Source: Octopus sinensis
Lineage: Eukaryota
Direction: 5' to 3'
Assembly: GCF_006345805.1 (NCBI RefSeq)
Contig: NC_043001.1
Span: forward strand, 131,502,001-131,566,000
Length of the DNA: 64,000 bases
Part shown: positions 24,740-39,352 of the stretch, piece after piece
Position numbering within the stretch: the stretch's first letter is position 1
Layout: every line of letters begins with the position of its first letter
Notes under the pieces: model-generated
Told to the model about the DNA's origin: nothing
What the model saw: only the letters and a program-made list of their open reading frames with translations
The model's database searches: none
Translations under genes and position numbers: made by a program

Positions 24740-24950
24740 AAGGTGATAAGTTGGCAGGATCACAAGAGCTTAAGAAAAATTACCGTGTGCTATTAACTCT
24801 TACCTTTTACATTGTTAGTTCAAATTCCCCAAGGATCAGCCTTGCCTTTCATCCATCGAGGGTCAGTAAAATCAAGTACTGGTGCAACTACTAAGATCAA
24901 TGGAATTTACTCGCTTTCCACTCAAAATTGTTGGCCTTATACCTAAATAA
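24740..24950 (+). mobile_element. Old SINE related to the second family
   Basis: aaggtgataagttggcagga...ttagttcaaattcc...ttgcctttcatcc...ttggccttatacctaaa. Confidence 0.65.
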
Positions 24951-26412
24951 CAAACCACCACCATCTTCATCATCATAATTAGCATCATTGTTGTGATATT
25001 AGAAGCTTCAGTCACAAAAAGATATTACTAGACATTAATTAAGTAAAAATAATAGTCACTGTTTCGAAATATCCCTAGTTCTTAATACAATGAAATTATA
25101 CAAAGAGTAATTTAAATTATTGCTTTTATGCCATTTCATAGATAAACTCTTTTAAAACACTCCTTATATGTATGTTGGTGAATTGAATGCTGTGTTATGT
25201 GTATTCATATTGTGTACTCCAACTTTCAGAAATCAAGCTAATGCATATGTTTGAAAGGTGTTTCAAACATAGAATATATATTGTATATGTTGATGGTGTA
25301 ATTTTGGGGTATATTATTCTTCATTTTTCTTTTTGACATCTTTAATCTAGTCATATAATTAACCATTTTAATAACTAATATAAAATGAAAACATTTATCT
25401 ATCATTGTTTAACAATATTTTTCAAGTTTTATTTTAGGATTTTACTAACTGTGTATTCATGTAAATCTAAGTAGTTCATTTTTTTTGATATTATTATTTT
25501 TGTCTTCCTTTTTGTAATAAAGAGCACTGTATAATACAGATTGTTTACAAGTATCTTATAATTTAACGAATTTAATGCATAAATCATACTTTAGGATTGT
25601 CTTATAACTTTAAAAATGTTTCATAATTCAAGTTCTCACCTCACTCATGTCAGTTTGCCTGATATTACAGAGATAGCCATCATCAGCATATGATCAGAAA
25701 CATTGATATAGTCAGTGCACTCAGCTACTCTTCTGGTCACACTGTCAATAGTAGATCATCAACACAGCATTGCAAACTCATGAAATACCTGTGTTACAGA
25801 GATACAACTGCCTGATACTTCCAAAGTTTACACTGTGCTATCTCTTTTCATTTGGAATGTTGTGTTTTGTTCTTGAACACAATATTGTGACATTATGATG
25901 CTTTATTCTAAATAATTTAAAACAGGTCTATTTTGGCTTGAGTTTTTTCTTTTTTTTTTTTTCTGTTTCTGTCTACTCAAGAAAAAAGTTATTTAGTATA
26001 AAGAACATATTGGTTGTGTGAATGAGATGTGAGACCAGTGACCACATTATATAATGCTATATGATTTTTGCAAGGCATGTAACACTTCTTATCTTAGCAT
26101 TAGCTAAGGGCAGCAGTTACTTATTCCATCATATATATACTCAGTATACAAATATTCAAATCTGTAAAAAAAGAATAATAAATAAATAAATAAACTATCC
26201 CGTCTATGTATTAGCAAAAAATATAAGAATTTCAGCAGCTGTGCTCACTATTCAAAACTGATTTGGATCAATGTCATTTTATATATCGGTCATTTTAAAA
26301 AAAATATTCACTTTCTCTCATAGATACACACAGACTTGTATGTAAATAAAATTGTGCAGTATAAGTTGTCCATAGACTAATCTAATTTTTTTACCCTCTT
26401 TGCTTCCCTTAG

Positions 26413-26460
26413 GTCATTCCTGAAATCTTAATTGTTACCACACACAAGCTAATAAAAAAA
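26413..26460 (+). other. Candidate 48-nt cassette (poison) exon
   Basis: Upstream ctaat branch-like motifs, pyrimidine tract ttttttaccctctttgcttcccttag and downstream donor gtaaga at 26461. Joined in phase 1 to the zinc-finger exon it reads G-H-S-stop (TGA 26421-26423). Motif evidence only. Confidence 0.3.
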
Positions 26461-26997
26461 GTAAGAAAGAATAGAAAACATTTGTCAGTTTTATAGGGCC
26501 CTTCCTGATCATACTTTTCTCAAATGTCAGCTGCATATTTCTACAGAGTATTGTTTTTACAACAAGGGTATGATTGAACCATTGAGTGTTAAATCTCTTT
26601 GTAGCAATGCTGCAACCAACCAAATTATTGACAGATTATGAAATGTCAATTCTATTCGTTCATTAGTTTTATATTCATATGAATTCCTACTAATATGACC
26701 AGTTATGTCATTTAATATACTTTGTTATGTTTTTTAGTTAATATTTAAAATAATAAGTAGTTTGGAAGGACTCAGTAAAATAACTAACCATACCGTTGTT
26801 AAGATGTTTAGTAATTATCTTAACAGAAAATTTTTACATAATGATATTCTGGAATGTTTTAATTTAAATATGAATACTTAGAAATAAGATGTAGTCTCAT
26901 GAGGATTGTTCATCAAAGAGGTAAACAAATCTTGAATTTCTAATGATTCATTATAAGTTAAAGTATTTTCAATAAAATCATGTATGCATATATTATA

Positions 26998-27068
<71 letters not shown>

Positions 27069-27072
27069 TATT

Positions 27073-27125
<53 letters not shown>

Positions 27126-27608
27126 ATATATATATATATACATACATGTATACAGACATATATATGAATATCTGGATGTAGGCATAGCTGAGTAGTTATG
27201 GTCATTTTTCAGTCATGAATGCCCATGTTTGATTACACCACATGGTATCTCAGGCCAGTGTTTTTTTCCCCCACATCCTCTGGTTGATCCATTGACTTGT
27301 AAGTGTAATAGTGCTGAGAGAAGAACTATGTGGATGGACTGTACACTTAATCCAAAGAGCAACATTAATTACACACTGAGTGGTGATTTAACATGAGGAT
27401 TACATTAAAGATAGAAGTGCCTGTGAAATACTCACCGACTTATACTATAATTTCATGAATAGCTAGTTCATTTGATTAAATGATGAGAGTATTCATCATC
27501 ATAACTGGTGGAGATCTATTTACTTTTGACTCTGTGTGCATATGTGCACCTATGCATATATGCATATATGCATATATGCATATATATATATATAGTATTG
27601 TGTGTGTG

Positions 27609-27643
<35 letters not shown>

Positions 27644-27669
27644 TTGTGTGAGTGTATGTATATATATAT

Positions 27670-27686
27670 ATAGATAGATAGATAGA

Positions 27687-27778
<92 letters not shown>

Positions 27779-27797
27779 GTAGGTAGATAGATAGACA
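27670..27797. repeat. (GATA)n microsatellite
   Basis: Direct reading. Confidence 0.95.
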
Positions 27798-28544
27798 GAT
27801 ATAAATTTAAGATGCATTGTATACATTTTAGTTTCTAATATAATCTTATCTTCATATATCTACAATAAACTTGCCAAAATTAAAATTTAGTTATTATAAA
27901 CTTAAATATTGAATTCACTTACAAACACTTTTTTGGCTAATTTTCATTATCTCTCAAATATTACTTAACTTATGCCTTAATGATGATTATAATTATACAT
28001 GCGTTTGTGTATGTGTGTGATGTGTGTGTATGCATGTGCATATGTATGTGTGTATCTGTGTTTGTGTGTATGTATATGTATGTGTGTGTGCATGTGAAAA
28101 ATACATGTTTCTATATGTATACATAAAATTTAAATTATAGTTTAAAGAACCTTATGAAAAATTGTGAAATAGAAACTACAAGTATCATTTTACATTAGAT
28201 TATATAGCCTTGTAACGACTTCCGATTATTCAAACTTGCCTTGTCTTAGTATCTCATTACAATGATGAGTCATCAGGAATTAATCTGCTGAGTGGTGGCA
28301 ATTAGATTTTGGCACATCTTCACAAATATTCATTAACTATTACATCCACTTACTTGTACAATTTGTTGAGACATATGAGTATGGTTTATAGTTTGTTTCT
28401 TTACTTTGTTCATATTCATGATATTAAGGGAGTGTGAGAGAAAAAGAGAGGAGAGAGAGAGAGAGAGAGCAAGGTACACACAGAAACAAATATACAAAGA
28501 TACAGATACTCACATATATAGATATTTTTTTATCTTATAATGGT

Positions 28545-28695
28545 TTCAGTCATTGCACTGTGGCCACGCTGGGGTACTTACTACCTTACAAAGTTTTGAC
28601 TAACTCCAGTACATTTTCTGTCAAGTATTTGCTTTATCATCACAGTTTGAGACACAAAGTTATGTGACATTAAGTAATACAAATAAACACGCACA

Positions 28696-28742
<47 letters not shown>

Positions 28743-28950
28743 CATAGATATTCACTCATGCAAGTACTCACACAAAACATACACATGCTTTCAGAGAACT
28801 TCCGTATAGTTTATGTCTAGTAAATTCTACTTGCCAGATATTGGTCAACTTAAGGCTAAAGCAGAAGACATGTTCATGGTATGATGCTGCAGGATTGAAC
28901 CTAGAACAATAGGGTTCCAAAATGAACTTCTAACCACACGATCATGCTTA
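28545..28950 (-). mobile_element. SINE (same family), strongly diverged
   Basis: gtttcagtcattgcactgtggccacgctgggg at one end and ggattgaacctagaac...cttctaaccacac at the other, with a central (CA)n. Confidence 0.6.
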
Positions 28951-29033
28951 TTCCTATGTCATTCTTACCATCTTTGTTACTGGTTTAGCATCTGTTTTCC
29001 CAAACAGTATAGGTTGATCAGGTTTACAGTATC

Positions 29034-29263
29034 TGTTTCTTTATTGCCCACAAGGGACTAAACATAGAGGGGACAAACAAGGACAGACAAACGGATTAAG
29101 TCAATTACATCGACCCCAGTGCGTAACTGGTACTTAATTTATCGACCCCGAAAGGATGAAAGGCAAAGTCGACCTCGGCGGAATTTGAACTCAGAATGCA
29201 ACGACAGACACAATACCGCTAAGCATTTCGCCCGGTGTGCTAACGATTCTGCCAGCTCACCGC
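29034..29263 (-). mobile_element. Young SINE of a second family with TSD
   Basis: Minus strand gcggtgagctggcagaatcgttagc...gagttcaaattccgccgaggtcgac...gggcaataaagaaac; 15-bp TSD caggtttacagtatc at 29019-29033 and 29264-29278. Confidence 0.92.
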
Positions 29264-29944
29264 CAGGTTTACAGTATCACAGATTTCTACTCCTCTTGTT
29301 AATGCAGTAAATTTTTGATCTGTAAAATCGAGCAATATGTAATCCCATTACCATCTCTGATGTTATCTTACAATACGTTTTCACTTTGCAACAATCATCT
29401 ATTTATGTCAGATGTTTGTACAAGTATAGCACTGCTGTGTCCAGTACATGCATCGATTATGGCCCTACTCAGCTCAAACTCATTTTCCTTTCAAGCAAGC
29501 TGGTTTTGCTTGTCTTTCCAAATAAAAAAGTTCCTGGTTTATTCATTTCCATCAAAACTACACAGTTTCTCTGTCTGTCTGTCTCTCTTTCTCTTTATAT
29601 ATATATATATATATATATTCAAATCAGCTTGCTTGAAAGGCAAAGTGAGTGTGAGCTGAGAGGGGTCATAGTCAAGGCATATACTGGACACAGCAGTGCC
29701 ATACTTCTACAAACATCTGACATAAATAGATGATTCTTGCAATATATACATACACGCCCCCAAACATACACATACATAAACATATTAAACACTGTTTAGG
29801 ACAAAAGGAGAGGCCCTTATAATAGATGTATACAAAGATGGCTACACAGTAGATAGGAATGAGGGGCATGAGTATATATGTGTATGCAGGTGTATTTGAT
29901 TTTATGAGAAACTATATATACGTACGTATATATATATATAGTTT

Positions 29945-30222
29945 GCCTTGTGAGTGGATTTGGTAGACGAAAACTGAAAGAAGCCTGTCGTATATATGTA
30001 TATATATATAAGTTTGTGTGTCTGTGTTTCTCCCCCTAGCATTGCTTGACAACCGATGCTGGTGTGTTTACGTCCCCGTCACTCAGCGGTTCGGCAAAAG
30101 AGACTGATAGAATAAGTACTGGGCTTACAAAGAATAAGTCCCGGGGTCGATTTGCTCGACTAAAGGTGGTGCTCCAGCATGGCCGCAGTCAAATGACTGA
30201 AACAAGTAAAAGAGTAAAAGAG

Positions 30223-30223
<1 letters not shown>
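29945..30223 (+). mobile_element. 5'-truncated young SINE copy in a (TA)n tract
   Basis: Near identical to the 3' two thirds of the 3070-3493 reverse complement; TA repeats on both sides. Confidence 0.9.
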
Positions 30224-30253
<30 letters not shown>

Positions 30254-31764
30254 TGCATTTATTTAAACTATTTCTAAGAATATTTTTATTAAATATTCAA
30301 ATAGTAGGTTTATTTCTGTTGTATGTTAATAGTTTTAGATGCCACAAATATTTTACAAACTGCTTTAGAAACTTTGTCTTTGATTAATCATTGCATAATA
30401 AGTGGAGCCAACAATATTCTGTTGATGCGCTATTAAATAAGATAGCTACCAAACGATCGACTGGATTAGTTCATAAACTTTTATCTAATTTAGTCCAAAA
30501 ACCCTTACTAACTCAGATCAAAACGTTTTCAAGACATGTTGTTTTGCTTCTGTGTAGAAAGCAATTTTCTATAGTCTTAATCATTGCCAATCTGAACTGA
30601 TGCTAAATAGGTATTATGATTTTCCTGGGAGACTTACCTGTGGTAAGTCAGCTTGTCAAAGGGGATATGATTTTCTCTTTCTTATCTACAGTGTACTATG
30701 GGATCCAGAGTTCAGTATATATTGTTCTCTAGATTAAGAGAAGGGAGTGGCACATGAGAGAGAGAAAGAGAGAGAAAATGCATATTTTTAAGATTTATTT
30801 TTTGAAAAATTTCCTTTCATAAATTTAGACAGTTCAAAGAAATTTCCAAAGATTATTCTTAGAGTATTGGACAAAATACTTTGCAATGTTTAGTCATGTC
30901 CCTTTATATTCGTAGTCCAAATACAAGTGTTTACATTGCTATTTATGCATCTGGTTAAAGTACTAGTAACATCAAGAGTCAATTCAGTCTACATATATAT
31001 GCGATCACTATTAATTATTTTAAGTATCCTGTTCATATGATAAATCTTTATTTTTAACATTAATTAAATTTCAAAATATATTGATTCTGATTTAGAATAA
31101 TTTTTGATTAATATATTTAAGACAAAAATTAATCAACAAAGTAATGATTAAACCAAGTAAATTTATAAAAAAAAGATAAATTATGAAGGACAGACAATAT
31201 TTCCAACAAAGCTATTTAATATAGATATTGTTTATTTGATCTGACTAAGCTAAAATCTTTTGTCATCAATTTACAACATAGTTAATTTGAACATGTGGTG
31301 TTTATTAGAATTTTTTTAATATTTACCTTTTGGACTTTTCTTTTGAATTGTTGAAGAGTAAATTATTTTCTATTTTCATTACCTATACACACCTACACCC
31401 ACACACACACACATCAGCATGAAACACAGAAGTTAAATGATAACGATGATCTCGAAACTTGAAAAATAATTTACCCTCCATCAAAGAAGGTATAAAAAAA
31501 ACATACATGTTATAGATGAATAAATTAACTACTCATACATATATAGAGATAGATATACACATGTATACACACACACACACACACACACACATATGCAAAA
31601 TGTATGTATATCTTGTATATTTATGTGTGGATATATATATATATATATATCATATATCATATATAATTACACGTGTGTGTGTGTACCTATATATATATAT
31701 ATATATATCATATATCATATATCATATATAATTACACATGTGTGTGTGTGTTAGTGTGTGTACC

Positions 31765-31800
<36 letters not shown>

Positions 31801-32390
31801 CAGGAGACCGAAAGAGAGAGAGGGAGCTGTTGTGTTTTCAGAATTTTCATTATACAATGTATATACACAAGAAGAACATGTTCTAAATTATGGTAACCAG
31901 TTATACACTGCTTATTGACTTAAAAAACAATATACTCCTTGCCTTTATGCCTTGTCTAAAAATAATCATCATCATTGTTGTCATAAGGAATCCTTTCATA
32001 ATAATGATCTCAGTCTCGCATCATTAATCTAGTCAAATGGATTTTGGATGTCTTCTATAGTTGCAGGAGGTGATGGGTGTAACAGAGATACATATGGTTG
32101 AAGGGTGGAGAAAATGGTTGGGATCATTGCAGGGAAGGGAAAGGAAACCTCCAAAATGATAATCTGAACACATTTTGTAGATAAATAGGTATGTAGGTGT
32201 GTGTGGATATGGAAAGATAAGGTAGATAGAGGGTTGGTGGTTAGGAAACAGAGCAAGAAGCTACATAGAACAAAGCTTGATCTGTGTTGCATCGTTATTG
32301 TGAAGTCTTTGTTGGCTTTTTATTTAGGTACTGCTTGTTTTATTATGCTTGTTGTTGTTGTTGTTGTTTAGTTTCCTAGAAAGAGACAAT

Positions 32391-32424
<34 letters not shown>

Positions 32425-32821
32425 CAGATAAAGAAGAAAGACAAGAGAGAGAGGAACTCAACTTTTGACAGTAATAGGAAAGTCCTGACACAGCTATTTC
32501 AGTACAGTCTTTTGTATTGACAGAGCCATTGAAATTCAGTGTCTTTCCAACATCTGTCACCTTCTTCCAATACTACCCAACTACTTGCCCTATTTTTTTT
32601 TTTCCAACTAAGTCTCCCCCACATCTTTCTCCAGCTTTGTTCTCTTATTTTCTCTCTTGTTCCATTCCAACCAACCCATCTTTGTATCTATCCATCTGTC
32701 ATGTAATAATCTGTCATACACTTTATCTATTGATATTTAACTGTCAGTCTATCTCTCAGGTTATCTGTCTATCTACATATCTCTCTCTCTCTCACCTTGT
32801 TTATATACATACATTCACACA

Positions 32822-32883
<62 letters not shown>

Positions 32884-32918
32884 TACACAAACATCCAGGT
32901 GTGTATATCTAATTGTCT

Positions 32919-33013
<95 letters not shown>

Positions 33014-33275
33014 AATAATGTAATTGGGGTAAAGAAAAACAACCTTTGAGTAATGCAGGTGAGGAATTAGGCAAATTGTCAATGAAAGAATACGAAGAAA
33101 AATATTAGTATCACTTTGTTATAGTTGTTTGATGATCCTGTAATATCTGAGGAACAATTCATCTTATCAACACACTAGAATGATACACCTTTGATAAAAG
33201 GTTCCTTAGAATTCTTTGATTATTCTCTTTTTATTTGAAAAGGGACTTTTTTTCAAAATATTGTGAGATCATTAA

Positions 33276-33495
33276 CCCTTCCGTTACCAACCCGGCTGAA
33301 ACCGGCTTTGGCTCTGAGTACAAACCTCTTGTTTTCATAAGTTTTGAATTAAAATCTTCCACCAAACCTTAGTCGCAATTTAAGTTCCTAACACTAGCTG
33401 AATGATAACTAAGTTATTTTAATAAATTCTTTGTTATATTTAAAGTAATTGAGAGAAACACAGAGCATCTCAAAATAAATACAGTAATGAAAGGG
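33276..33495 (-). mobile_element. piggyBac-like MITE, complete (220 bp)
   Basis: TTAA on both sides (33272-33275, 33496-33499). TIRs cccttccgttac / gtaatgaaaggg (10/12). No ORF. Confidence 0.88.
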
Positions 33496-34073
33496 TTAAA
33501 CAACCTATGTAAGGTAATACAATATCTTTACATTCATTGGCATACAAAAAAAAAAAAAATGTCCAACATTATAGATGTATTACCTTTCTTGGAAAGTGAT
33601 TATGCTTAGAAAAAGAAAGGGCATCAGGCCATGGAAAAATCTGCCTCAATAAATTCCAACCTTTGCAAGCACAGAAAAGTGCACGGTAAAACTAAAATGA
33701 TGACGATGATGTGTGTGTGTGTGGGGGCACCTTGGACAAGTGTGTTCTATGATAGTCACAGGCTAACCAGAGACTTATAAGTGGATTTCATTGACAGAAA
33801 TTGAAACAAGTTTGTGTGTGTGTGTGTTTGTGCTTGCATCTCGTTGTTCTGACATGTGATGGTTGTAAGCAAGTCATACTGGTTATGTAATTTTGTTTCA
33901 GTCTTCTGTGAAGCATAACTGGTCAAAGGGGAATATTACCTGTCTAGGGAGCACATAAGAGCTGGTGAGAGGAAGAGTTGCAGAAAAATCAGCCTCAACA
34001 AATTTTGTCTTGCTGATGAAAGCATAGAAAAGTGGATGTTAAACAAGCACTAAATTGATGATACACACACACA

Positions 34074-34140
<67 letters not shown>

Positions 34141-34145
<5 letters not shown>

Positions 34146-34290
34146 TGAATTGAAGAAATGGAGCTGAACGAAGATTGAACAGAAATCGTTTTATTTCATT
34201 CTACACGTGTTTCGAAAGGCACAATTTACCAAAATCCGATTGACTTTTGATTAATCTGCTACAAGATTATTCATCTTTCTATTTCACATA
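34141..34290 (-). repeat. (TA)n-embedded 150-bp cassette, possibly a Penelope-like pLTR fragment
   Basis: TA arrays on both sides. Minus strand contains cgaaacacgtgta followed by aataaa; shares 48 bp with 7369-7416. The PLE assignment is inference. Confidence 0.5.
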
Positions 34291-34847
34291 ATATATATAT
34301 ATATGTATGTATGTATGTGTGTGTAATATATATATATATAACATAGAGAGAGAGAAGGAAGTGAGATATCAATATAAATATAGTTTTTATATTACATTAT
34401 CAGTTTACAACATATATATATATATATATATATATTAATGTTTGTTTTCTATGTTCAATTATGATAAAAACAGTTCTACATTTATCTGATAGGTTACTCT
34501 AGAGTGACTCAATACTTTTGTAGGTTCAAATTTATTATTCTTAAATAAGAATATTATTGATAGTGACTTCAAAGTATTGGCCAGCTAAGCCATCATTGGA
34601 CTGCGATGCATTGAAGTTAATCTTGGCTTTATATATCACCTCTCTAACACAACTAACCCTACAACCTAATCACCATTCCACTCAAACTCACATACCCAAA
34701 GAAGATTTTAACTCAACAGAGAGGCTGAAACTTCAAAGTCATATTTCTTAGGAATAATAAATAAATGTGTGTGTGTGTGTGTGTGTATGGATACTTATGT
34801 TTACACATGTATATACATATGTGTGAGTGTATGTTTGTATGCTTATG

Positions 34848-35557
34848 CATACATACATACATGCATACATACATGCATGCATGCATGCATGCATGCATAC
34901 GTACATACATACATACATACAGACAGACAGACAGACGGGCAGACATACATACATACATACATTCATACATACATACATACATACATACATACATCATACA
35001 TACATACATACATACATACATACATCATACATACATACATACATACATCATACATCATACATACATACATACATACATACATACGTACATACATACAATA
35101 CATACATACATACATACATCATACATACATCCATACATACATACATACATACATCCATACATACATACATACATACATACATCATACATACATACATACA
35201 TACATACATACATACATCATACATACATACATACATACATACATACATGCATACATACACACACACCCATACATACATACATACATACATACATACATAC
35301 ACACATACATACATACATACATACATTACATACATACATACATCCATCCATACAGACATACATACATACATACATACATACATAGATACACACACACACA
35401 CACATACATACATACATACATGCATACATACATGCATACACACACACATACACACACACACATACACATACATACATACACACATACATACATACATACA
35501 TACATACATACATACATAATACATACATACATACATACATCATACATACATACATAC
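34848..35557. repeat. About 700-bp (TACA)n tetranucleotide array with TACATC/CAGA/CA variants
   Basis: Direct reading; it generates the HTYI/MYVC artefact ORFs. Confidence 0.95.
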
Positions 35558-35784
35558 ACACAAACCATCTGTCTTTTATGCATTTGTTTTCCCTATATGT
35601 ATATCCATAAACAGTCTATTCTTCTGCGATTGTCTTTTTTATTTTAGTTTACTTGTGTAATTTATTTATTCCTCTGTCATTTTACTCTTTTTCTCTCCTT
35701 CCTTTGTCAGCACTCTTTTTTTTTTGCCTCTCATTTCATTTATCCAAGTCATTATTTATCTATTTCTCCCTCTCACTGTCATAG

Positions 35785-35819
<35 letters not shown>

Positions 35820-36251
35820 ACTGTATATATCTCTGTTTATCTCTTGTTTCCCATCTTTCTCATTTGTTCTTATCTCTCTTTTCACTCTCACTTCCCCCCC
35901 GATTCTCTGTTTCTCCATCCAGCCATTACCTCCATGCTATTTTCTTTTCTTTTTTTTAAATGAACAGAAACAAAAAAAAAATTATCACTTTTATCCCACT
36001 GCTTAAATTTATTTATTCACACAAACACACATACACACACACACATACACACACAAACATACACACACACAGAGTTTTTTTAATGTTTTTTTTTTTGGTG
36101 TAATTGTCTATATTCATGTATTTTTGTGTATGTGTGCATGAGTTACTTTATGTATGCTTTTATGTTGCAGATGCATGCACATTTTGAAAGTGAATAAAAT
36201 TTGAACATTTAACAAATTTTATTTTTAATGTGTTTTCACTATATGTGCATT

Positions 36252-36283
<32 letters not shown>

Positions 36284-36896
36284 GGGTTGTGTGTATGTGT
36301 ATGAATGGATGGATGGATGGATGGATGTACCATTGTGTTACTGGGAGTATATGTATGTATGTATCTATTTGTTTAAAAGTAAGAATGGATTGAAATAAAA
36401 AAAAATTAGATTTTTCTAAAATCTGCGTTTGGGTTACTATTAATGTGTATGTGTGTAATCATGTATTGCAGAGTACCTCTTTGTGTGTATCTGTTTTGTT
36501 GAGTATCCATGTATATTTGAGACTGTGCTTTGCATATTTGTGCATGTGTATTTGCGCATGTGTAAGTGGAACAAAAAGAATTAAATTTTTCAAATTGCAA
36601 ATGCTTTTTCAGTGTATGCACGTATATATGTAATTGTGCATGAATGTGTGCATATGTATGTTTGTACTTCTGTATGTCGAAGGATGAAATTGGAATGAAA
36701 AAATTAAATTTTTCCTAAAAATCTATGTTTTGGATGTGTGTGTATGTTCATATGGGTGTATATATTTGTGTATGTGTAAAAAAGACAACAAAATTTGTAA
36801 AATAAAAATGAAAAATAAAATTTTTGTTTTTTTGTGCTGTCATCATTTTTTTATATTTTACTTGTATATATTTCTGAATTTTGTTTTAAATCTAAA

Positions 36897-36929
<33 letters not shown>

Positions 36930-37314
36930 TACCCACACCTTCATCCTTTCACATCACCTTATCATTCTTCACCCCTTACCCTTGCTCTCAAGCTGTACAA
37001 TTCCTTTCTCCATCCCTCTCAATCTCTCTCTCTCTCTCTCCCTCAATATTCTTTCACCCTTTCTCTCTCTCTAACATACTTTCTGTCTTTCTAATGCCTC
37101 CAACAACATAGTAATAAGTTACCAAGCTGTCCCTTTTCTCTGTATATTTGTCTCATACACAAATCCTTGGTCTCCTGCCAACACTCTGTACTCCTTTGAC
37201 TCCTTCCTTCCTGCTCCCTCCACTCTGTACAGCTTCTCACTTCTTTTCTCCCCTTTTTCTTTATTCTTTCATATATCTCCTTTTCTCCTTTTGTTTGTCC
37301 TACTCACCATCCAT

Positions 37315-37350
<36 letters not shown>

Positions 37351-39128
37351 ATCCGCCTCTCCCCTTCTCTGTCTCCTTCAAACTCTCTATCTCTCACTCT
37401 TCTTTCCTCTCAGTAACATGTTACCTAGCTGTCTCTTACACACACCCTCATGCCATTCATCACACCCTTCCCATCCAGTGCCTTCCTTCCATTTCTCTCA
37501 CACACATACATCTCGACATTGCTTCTTTCTTTCTCTTTGTATACATACATACACGCATACATACATACATACATTCATGCACACATGCGCACGCACACAC
37601 ACACACACACACACACACAATGTATATGTGTATGTTTGTATATTTCTCTCTTTTTCTTTCTCCAACATAGTTACTGGGCTATCCCTTTCTCTGTAAACAC
37701 TTTCTTACTCCAATGCCCACCTTCTAAAGTTCTCCCCTGACTGAGTCTCATATCACACAGGCTTTCTTACTCTCCATCTCTCCCGCTCTGTCCCTGTATA
37801 ACTTTTTCTCTCCCTATCTCTACTACTATAACTATCTATCTCTCCAATGTAATAATAAGTTACCAAGCTGTCCCCCTCTATATTTTTGAATATTGTCCTG
37901 TGTAAAATATGCTTTTTGTCCCATACCCAACCTGTCACACCATTCCCCAACCATAATCTTACTCTCCACCACAAGCCCCTCTCAAACCACTTCCACTCTG
38001 TTCATTTTTTTTTTTTCAATTCAGCTCCCCACCCCAAACACAATATCTTCCTGTCTATCCCCTCTTTCTGTCTATATATTTATCTTCCCACTTCTGTCTT
38101 CTTTCTTTTCTTTCTTCCATTCTTTCTTTCTTCCTTTCTTTTACTCTCTCTCTCTCTCTCTCACTCTTTCCCTCACTCTCTCTCTCTCTCTCTCTCTCTC
38201 TGCCTGGCTGCCTGCATGTCTGTCTGTGTGTCCAATTGTCTGTCTCTAGAGAAAATAGGTTTCACCAACTTACTGTTATTCTCCCACATGCATTGAATTT
38301 TAATTTGAAATTTGAACTGGAAATTTTCTTCTCTTGAAATGAAGATGACATAATCCTTCCTAATCAATAAACACAGACAGAAGAAAGCAGCAACTCTTTG
38401 TAAAAGGAACCCTGGAAGTAGTGGTGGTAGTGGTAGTAGTGATGGTAGTGGTGGTAGTGGTGACAGTAGGGATGATGGTGGTGGTTGAGGTAGATAGTGG
38501 GTTGTTATGGTGGTAGTGGTGTTGGTAAGAGTAAATATAGTAGAGATGGTAGTGTGGTAGCAGTAATTGTGGTTGGTAATAGTAAATGAAGCCTAGTGGG
38601 TTGTGAAGGTGGTTGGCATTAGTAAATGTAGTATAGATAGTGGTAGTAAGAGTGGTTGTGATTGGTAATTGTAAGTTTATGGAAGATGGTGTTAGTGGTG
38701 CCTAACAGTGGTAGTGTGTGGTAGTTGATGTAGAGTTGGTGATAGTAGTAACATAAACAATAGAGATGGTAGTGCTGATGGAGGATTACAGTACTTATGG
38801 ATGTTAGATGTTATGTGTGATGTTTTTATGGTGGTGGTGGTGGTGGTGGTGGTGGTGGTGGTGGTGGTAGTAGTAGCAGCAGCAGCAGCAGCAGCAGTAG
38901 TTGCATCGGTTGCTGTTAAACAGATGAGGCGACTCAAACTAGATTCTGTTGGGATTTAGGTGACCTGGATCAGGTTCAGAATAAGAGTTAAGATAGTGAA
39001 GAGGATGGCCCATATCCAATTGCTGTTGGTTGGAGTTTGTGTGAGATTAGATTAGCCCCAAGTTTGAGCTGAATTGAATTGGGTTGAGTTAAGCTGTGCC
39101 TTATTATGTCGGTTCTATCTAGTATTAA

Positions 39129-39352
39129 ACCTTTTGTTACAAAATTTCTATTGAAATGCATTGCCATTGTCTCAATTCATTTTGAAAATAATGAAGAATT
39201 TAGTAAAATGATTTTATCATTATTTTATTGGTGCTTGGAATATAAATTAACATGAGGTTTTGATGGCAGGTTTTAATTTAAATCACTTTAAAACAGGAAG
39301 TTTATATCATAGGGCCATGGGGTAGTCTTAGGTGGGTTGGTATTAAAAGGCT
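39129..39352 (+). mobile_element. Diverged piggyBac-like MITE of a related family
   Basis: ttaa(a)ccttttgttac ... gggttggtattaaaaggct|ttaa; similar length, with internal gaagaatttagtaaaat resembling the 1450 copy. Confidence 0.6.

Noticed and set aside
34713-35647. Long HTYI/MYVC-repeat ORFs (up to 292 aa)
   Set aside because: Translations of the (TACA)n array, which has no stop codons in most frames.
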